Shown in pieces: positions 56,401 through 64,000 of a DNA stretch of 64,000 nt (position 1 is its first letter; each line of letters opens with the position of its first letter). The DNA is taken from assembly GCF_009914755.1 (NCBI RefSeq), contig NC_060931.1; one strand, written 5' to 3'. Both the position numbers and the translations under genes were made by a program. Under the pieces are notes generated by a model. That model saw only the letters and a list, made by a program, of their open reading frames with translations, made no database searches and was not told the DNA's origin. The DNA comes from the human T2T-CHM13v2.0 reference genome, Homo sapiens.

Positions 56401-58957
56401 AAAAATGGCTGTATAATTTTTGTACTAATAAAATAACTGCTTACTATATATTTCAATCATGTTCAGAAATGCATTTATGTAAGTCCCAGATCTGCTCTAT
56501 CCTTTAATCCAGATTCAAGGGTTTTACACTTCTAGCATAAAATATAATTAAAAAAGAATCTACCCCATAGTGTTGGACACTTTAGACAATCTGGCATGTA
56601 ATATATTCTCCATAAATATTATAACTTGCCAGGTGAAAGAGCTTGTTGAAGAAAATCAGAGGCTTTCAAGGAGACAGCAACCTTTATTTACAGGGAGACC
56701 ACAATGACCAGGGGAAGTGCAAGTCTTCTTAGAGGTTATGCTGAGTGGATAAAGCTCTCACACTGGAGAGCTGGACTTACCTAACAGACCCTTGAGTCCA
56801 AACAAGGACAGCCTTTGAGGTTGAAACTATCAGCAGCATGGACCTCGCTGGATCAATAGTTCTCACTTTCTTCATATCCCAATAGGATCATCACCTCCTG
56901 TGAAGGTAACCTACCAGAGACTTTGCTCTGTAGGTTGACTGCTCAAGTAAATTAGGCCCACATGGTAATCCTGAGTCAATTTTGGCTCATTCATTCATGG
57001 TCAGCAAATACATCTTGAGTATATATAGTAAGTACAAGGAACTAGGCTGGGTACAGGAATACAGTGATGTATAAGCTAGACATAATTCTGTTCTCATTAA
57101 ACATGCTCAAAGAGAAAAATTTACCTTCGAAACATTGATGGACTTTCTATCTATATTTCAGAGAATCTCACAATACAACTATTATTTTTATAAGCAAAAG
57201 TTTCTTGCAATGTGTAGATTCTACCACTTCATTTTTAAACTTAAAATTAGGACATTAAAAGTTAAAAACCATAACTCTTCATATTGATCCTTTTTTTATA
57301 GTCAGCGGAAACAGAAGGGTAATAACAAAGTTTTACATTATTTTCAGCAATGTTTCGATTATTTGTTGCCCACAGGTTTCAGAAATTCTCCTCTTAAGAC
57401 TGTGATTTCCAGGAATCAAACCCTCAGGCTCAGACATCTTAGTCATAAGTACTACTCATTTTCCCAGTGGCTCTGTAAGGTACAAATTTCCAGAAAGACT
57501 GGGCCGAGGTCTACGATTTCCTTCCTTCCTCCCCCACCTCTCCCTATGTTCCCTCCTTCTTTCTTCTTCTGTTCCTTCCCTTCCCTTTCAACACCAGACT
57601 ACAAGAGGTTTGGGTTTCAGTACACTTCTTTATAGTTTTTAAATAGGACATTGTTTGTTATAGGAAAGCACCTTGCACAGATACTATTTTCCCAGCACCT
57701 AACTTTGGATATTTCTTTTCTTCTGGGTTTGAGGACCATAATCTAACTTCTTGTTTGCCTGACTTGCTATTTCTGCTATTTGTCCTGTTTGCAATAAACA
57801 AAGCACTTCAGGCATTTCCATATTTTTTGCAAGTTATCCCCTAAAGCTTGGTTTCTTCAAGCCATAGCCTACACATTCTGACATTCCCTCTGCTCAAACA
57901 CACACTGAGGCTTTCTATCTAAGGACACAAAAACAATGCAGGTTTAAGGTTATCAGTCATGTCTGTCAAAGCAACTGCAATTGAGTAGGAAGAATATAAA
58001 CACCAATGGCAATAATAATAATTATAAGAATTGTTTATAACTTTATATAATAACTTATACAAAGTATTATAATTACATATGGGTATTATATATCATATTA
58101 TAATATGTGCATGTGTATATGCATCTATGTATACATATATGTTAAAATCAAATATACATTATATATACACTAAAAAAGACAGTGCTAAAATTCACAGATA
58201 GTTGATGCTTTTGGAATTCAGAGGATAAGATTGAGGATTAGGTTACTTTGGAAGAATTTTAGCAAAAACAATAGGTAAAGCTATGAAGAATGAGTAGGCT
58301 TTAGGAAGGAGAAGTGGACAGACTCTGGGGGAAAGTATGGCATAATCAGGAAGAGAGTCAGGAAACACAAAGCATTCTTTAGGGACATCTTCTTTTTCTT
58401 TTGTTTTTGTTTTTTTTTTTCCCAGGAATTGTGTAGTACATTACAGGACAAAGTAAGCCAGAAGTTTGGAAAATTAATAACTTTTCCAAAAGGGGACAGG
58501 TAGTGGAGGGCCAGGAGGCCAGGCTGAGGAGTTTGCACTTGACTCTGACACCCAGCCAGTGTGAGTCCAGCAAGCATGAGTGATGATTTTTTATTCCTGG
58601 TCATTGGCTATATGCTATTTTAAATATTGAGGATTATGGGGACGTTCTGTTACACATGTGTATACCCTGAAAGGAAATTTTAATTTTATTTCATTCTACT
58701 TTTTAAATGTTTAAATATATGACAAATAAAAAATATACTTTGATATAAGGAGTAAGCAGGGCTTTTACTTTAGATATTGTTTTCATTCACTAGTAGTTAA
58801 TCCAACATCATTTGTTAAATACTCCATTTTATCTTCAATTACTTGAAATACTACCTTAATCATTCATATACTGAATTTTCTTATACATCTGGATGTATAT
58901 TTTGTTTCATTGAAGAATTTATCTATTCTTATACCAAGACCATCCTTCTTTTATTTG

Positions 58958-59905
58958 TTCTTTTTTAAAAACAATTAGTTTTATTGAAGTATAATTTGAA
59001 TCCAATTAAATTCACCCTTTTTAACTATAGATTTTGATAAACTTTGTGAAATATGTACGGACATATAACCAGCACCAAATCAAGATAGAACATCTGTCAC
59101 CCTGAAGTTTTCTTATGCCCCTTTGCAGTCATTCCTCTCTCTGTATCCTCCAACTCCTGATAACTACTGTCCTGATTTTTGTCCCTATAATTTTGCCTTT
59201 TCTAGAATTTCATAATAAATGGAATCACACAATAGCCTTTTGTGCTGGGCTTCTTATACATAGCACTATGGCTCTGAGATTCATTCACACTGTTGCATGC
59301 AACAGTAGTTCTTTCCTTTTTATTACTGAATAGTATTACATTTACAGACGCAACATGTTTATCCAGACATCATCTAATGAACATTTAGATTGTTCCCAGT
59401 TTTTGGTTATTCTGAGTAAAACTATTATGAACATTTGCATACACATCTCTTGTGGATATGTTTTCATTTATTTTGAGTAAATACTTAAAAGTGGGATTAC
59501 TGAGTCATCTGGAAAGTACCTAATGAAAAACAATCACACCGTCTCCTAATGTGGCTGAACCGTTTTGCATTTCTACAAGTAGAGTATGAGCTCCAGCTTT
59601 TTACATTCTTGTCAACACTTGATACTGTCAGTTTAAAAAATTTTAATCATTCTCATGGGTATATAGTGGTATTTTGATATGGTTTTAGTTTGCATTTCCC
59701 TATAGAATAATGATGTTAATTATATTTTCATGTGCTTATGAGTAATTTATAAAAATTCTTTGAAGTCTCTGTTTAAATCTTTGGTCTATTTTTAAAAATC
59801 AGGATGTTTGTCTTTCTACTTTGCCTGTTATTTTCATTATTGAGTTGTAAGTATTCTTTATATATTCTCAACACAAGTCTTTTATTAGATACATGTTTTC
59901 TTCCA
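58958..59905 (-). mobile_element. L1MB-type 3' fragment
   Basis: ttttattgaagtataattt...gagattcattcacactgttgcatg...ttttagtttgcatttccct; ORF remnant RLVLRIYKEYLQLN. Confidence 0.8.
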
Positions 59906-60689
59906 AATAATACTGTATATGCTATTGTTACTAGCATTGAAGACACTTGTTCTATCATTTCAAATTCCTTACAGGAATTCAGCCTTACATGGAAATATAC
60001 TATATATTGGCACTAGTATTAAAATCAATGGTACTCTTATGAAAAATGCCAATAAAGAAGGCAGAGTGGTCAAGAAATCTCTGTGCATATGAGCACTGCA
60101 TTTCTAAATATAATCTTCTATCAGTGGCTGGGCAAAGCTTGTACAAGCAACTATCCATCTGTTTTCTTTATTCCTAACTCCCTCGCCTTTTCTTAGAATG
60201 ATTTCTCAGGGTCTTGGCTTACTGGTTATCCTTTCAACCTGAGTTTTCATTGCCTTCATATACCTCTCCTCTACTTAGGAAGAAGATAGGTTATAAAGAT
60301 CATAAAAAACACACCTACATGCTTTTGTCATCATTGATTACTGATTGAGAACCAAACACACTGATTTCACATAATTTAACAATAGGAGAGATCCCAAACC
60401 TCAAATTTCAACTCCTGAGTTGTTGAGTAAAAGACCTCATCTGTAACAGATATTCATTAAATGTTTCTTAGATCAAATGATGGTAGAAATGTTTCTAATA
60501 TGCCTTTCCTACCTACTACCCCTAAACATTAATAGCACAGACAGTTATCCTTGATTGGTGAGGATATATATTGGGGAGAATCTTAGCCTCAGGCAGATTG
60601 TGGCTGGACCACTGAGACAAGGGCCTTCATTAAGATAATTTTCATCTTTCAGAATTAGGCTGGTATCCTGTGGATCTTCCACAACAGAT

Positions 60690-61480
60690 TCACAAACATA
60701 TATGCCCAGCTCAGAACTCTCCTTCAGATCAAGAAACATATGTACAGTGCCTGCTTGAGATTTTTCCATGGATTTATCCAAGATACCTCAACTAAACCCA
60801 TAGCATTTCTACCAGAACATAGTCCCCTCAGAGAATGCATTATAATTCATCCAGTTGTGCCTTTCTGTCTTCACCCTATCAACACTGTCAATACCACCCT
60901 ATTTTAAACTACCACCATCACCTTTTGCCTCCCAGTTGATCTTCCTGAACTCATTCTTGCTGCCTTCCAATCCTTTCTCCACATTGTGCAAATCTGATCC
61001 ACCACTGCCCTCTCACCCTCTTCACTAACTTTCCCTTGTCCTTAAGGTAAAGACGCAACTGCCCAGTGGCCTATAAATCTTTGCTTTGTCTTCCCCCAGC
61101 TCACACCTCAGCCTCCTCATACATTATGTTCCCTATCACTCCCTGTGCTTCAGTGACTCTGCTTTCTTTAGTTCTTTATAGTTACCATGCTTCCACCCCA
61201 AATACAACATTCCAGTATGCCCGCCCTTTCCTTTGCCTGTGATAATAATGATATTCCCTCCTTTCTATGTCTGGTTAATTCCTGTTTACTCCTCAATCTC
61301 AATTTATTTCCTCAGGAAGGACTTCGCTAACCTTATAATTTTACATTCATCTGTGAACTCATCTTACTCATGTCTATCCTTTACCCACATATAAGTTTTA
61401 TGACAAAACTCCATTTTCACCTAACACCTAGCATACAATATGTGCTCAAAAATAGTTATTAAACCAATAAATGAATAAAT
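60690..61480 (+). mobile_element. L2 fragment
   Basis: Pyrimidine-rich body ending ...cctagcatacaatatgtgctcaaaaatagttatt..aataaatgaataaa. Confidence 0.55.
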
Positions 61481-62174
61481 TATTACTTTGAGCCTTCAGT
61501 CCACTCAGAATGTTTAAGTATTTCTTCAAAAATCTTCTCTTCTTTTACCTTCTCCTAATTATCTTATATTCTAACAATCCCAACTCAAGTCACTCCTGTC
61601 TAGACTGCAAAATCCTTGAGGGAAAAAAATCCCATCTTTTTCATCTCTATAATTCGCACAATGCCTAGTGTGCTGCTTTGAATCAGGAACAACATTGTGA
61701 ATGAATGAAGGGAGGGTGTGAATGAATGAATGACCTACCCTGACTAGTCTTATTCCATTTCTCTGACTGTTGTGTATCTGAGTGTCTTGGCTATCTAATT
61801 TGATGTAAAGTTCTTGCTATCTAACATTATTCTAATTTCTTGAATAGCACTGCTTGTCATGTATCTGACTCAGCTTTCTGCTCTACACCTTGATTTGAGC
61901 AGATTCACAGTGCACAGCCATGCAAAGTGGATCTACCCAAGCTTTACACTTCTCCAAGACACAAACTTCCTACACTGACATGCCCTTTTCCACATCTTCT
62001 CCCAGGTATCACACTCTTTCCTGTCTGCAGGATTGTGTATGTGCCATTTCTTCTGTTGAAATGCCCTCCCTCTTCTCTCTTGCCTATTGGAATCTACATA
62101 TATTTTTTTAAGACTGACATTATGTACTGCATCCTGCTATAAAGCTAAGCCAATGTCTATTTTAGTTATATGTG

Positions 62175-62455
62175 TACTAGTTTGGGGCCAGCCAAACTTG
62201 AATTCAAGTGTGTATTCTGGCATTGCTAGCTCTGTGACCAGGGTTACATTACACAACAACTTTAAGACTCAGTATCCTCATTTATGAAATGGGAATAATA
62301 ATGGTAATGCTGTTTTCTCTTTGTAAAAACAAACCATAGAAGGGTTGTTCTGAGGATTAAAACAGAGAAGGCACACAAAGTGCTTTGCACAGTACCTGCC
62401 ATATGGTAGGCACTTAATGCTCAATAAATGCTAGCTATTGCTGTTATAATGATAG
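62175..62455 (+). mobile_element. MIR
   Basis: ctcagtatcctcatttatgaaatgggaataata...agggttgttctgaggattaaa...cacagtacctgccatatggtaggcacttaa. Confidence 0.7.
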
Positions 62456-63545
62456 TAACTGATAATAATAATAATAATATAAAAACCTTTGGCTATTTAG
62501 CCCACACTGATCTTTCCTTTCTCTGAATTCCTATGGCACGGAGAGTCAACTCTATTGTTTGGCCTTTATTATTCTCCTACTATTTCGTATGTATAGGTTC
62601 TGCCGCCTCAGTTCAATTGTAGGCTCCTAGAGAGCACCTAATACAAAGCCAGTCACATAGAAGGGATGCTGTATGACTTGCTGATTGGTTGATGGTTTTT
62701 CCCTCCAGGCTGCTGAAATAAAACCTAATAATATCACCAAGGGAAGCAATTTAGATCAGGAGTGGGCCCTTTCTAAATCCTCCAAAATCTAATTAAGGGA
62801 GCAAGGTTTGTGCTATAACACCAGACACGATGCAAGAGGAGAACAATTAATGTTCTTGTTAGAATCAGAAGGGAAGCCATTCCTTATATCAAATGTGCTG
62901 AACCTGGGCTCTGGAGCATCACATCTGCTATTCTCTCTATAAATGCAATATCTATTCTGCTTTTGTAAACATTCATTTGTCTTCAGACCGGAACTTCCTT
63001 TTCTGAAGCCACAGATTTGTTTGCTGTCAACACCTGTGATATGAAGCCCTTTCATCATTCTGACGACAATAATTAAGAACCTGGCAAAGAGAGCAGAGGA
63101 TGATCACAAACATCCAGAAAACAATGAAGAATATAAATGAACAAAAATTACTTCATTCATTTGTTCTTAAAACTAATTATAGATGTTCCCACTGTTTACC
63201 TTTTAGTATCTATAATTCAAAACACATAAAACTTGGCTTTAAAAGGATGAATGTGTTACTCAAAGCAGTCTGGGAGAGTGAATTACAACAATGGCAGAAA
63301 AGAAGGAAGCAAACTTCCCTCCGAATTTTGTGAGTGCTTTGGAGGTTTTTACTTTCCTTTTCAAGCAACCACTTGTTTAAATTCTCCTTTCCTGACGGCT
63401 ACTACCACGACTATTTACTACATCTTGCCTGCTCTGCTGTCCTCTCCTGCTAGACCCAATTTGTTTCCTGCATGTCTTCAACAGCTCACCTATATTTTTC
63501 CTCTTTAACTTTCCAACCTTATCCTGGCATCTCTAAATTCCATGC

Positions 63546-64000
63546 TGTATTAGTCAGACTTATCCAGAGAGATGTAATCAATAGGATAATAATGTTTCAG
63601 AGAGAAAGAAAGAGAGACAGAGGAGGGAGCGGGTAGACAGATAAGAGATTTATTATGGGAATTGGCTCATGTGATTATAGAGGCTGAAAAGTCCCACTGT
63701 CTACCATCTGCAAGCTGGTGAACCAGAAAATCCAGTAGTGCAATTCAGTTTGAGTCTGAAGGCCTGAGAATCAAGGGAGCCAATGACATAACTCCCAGTC
63801 CAAAGTCAAAGTCCTGAGAATCATTGAGGTGTGAGGTCAGGCTAGGTGCCGATGTAAGTCCTGGAGTTTGAAAACCTAAGAACCAGAAGTTCTGACATCC
63901 AAGGGCCAGAGAAGATGGATGTCCTAGCTGCGAAGAAGAGTGAATTTGTCTTCCTTTTGCCATTTTATTCTATGTAGGCCTTCAACAGATTGGATGATGC
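63546..64000 (-). mobile_element. MLT2B-like ERVL LTR (truncated by the window end)
   Basis: tgtattagtcag...gagatttattatgggaattggctcatgtgattatagaggctgaaaagtcccac...gagtctgaaggcctgagaa. Confidence 0.8.

Overview
Repeat-rich human/primate genomic DNA, recognisable as the 5' end and upstream region of SLC13A1 (NaS1 sodium/sulfate cotransporter, human 7q31.32). Coding exon 1 (20607-20705) and exon 2 (1756-1884) lie on the minus strand, separated by an 18.7-kb GT-AG intron. The rest of the gene runs off the left edge. About 27-31 kb upstream is a full-length decayed LYPLA1 processed pseudogene (minus strand, ~47743-51620). Its 3'UTR was later interrupted by a MER11 solo LTR and by an internally rearranged Alu. 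Most of the remainder is interspersed repeats: L1M fragments, L2/MIR, many LTRs with readable target-site duplications (TSDs), a young AluYa5 and a MADE1 MITE. There is also a ~1.86-kb palindromic AT-rich tandem array inside an MLT2A LTR. Almost all ORF-track entries are spurious. I found no convincing new multi-gene system. The best leads are the VNTR/structural-variant candidates, unexplained dispersed direct repeats around the SLC13A1 promoter, candidate HNF1/AhR sites, and a possible promoter plus chimeric small ORF at the pseudogene. Repeat subfamily names come from remembered consensus sequences and need RepeatMasker/Dfam confirmation.
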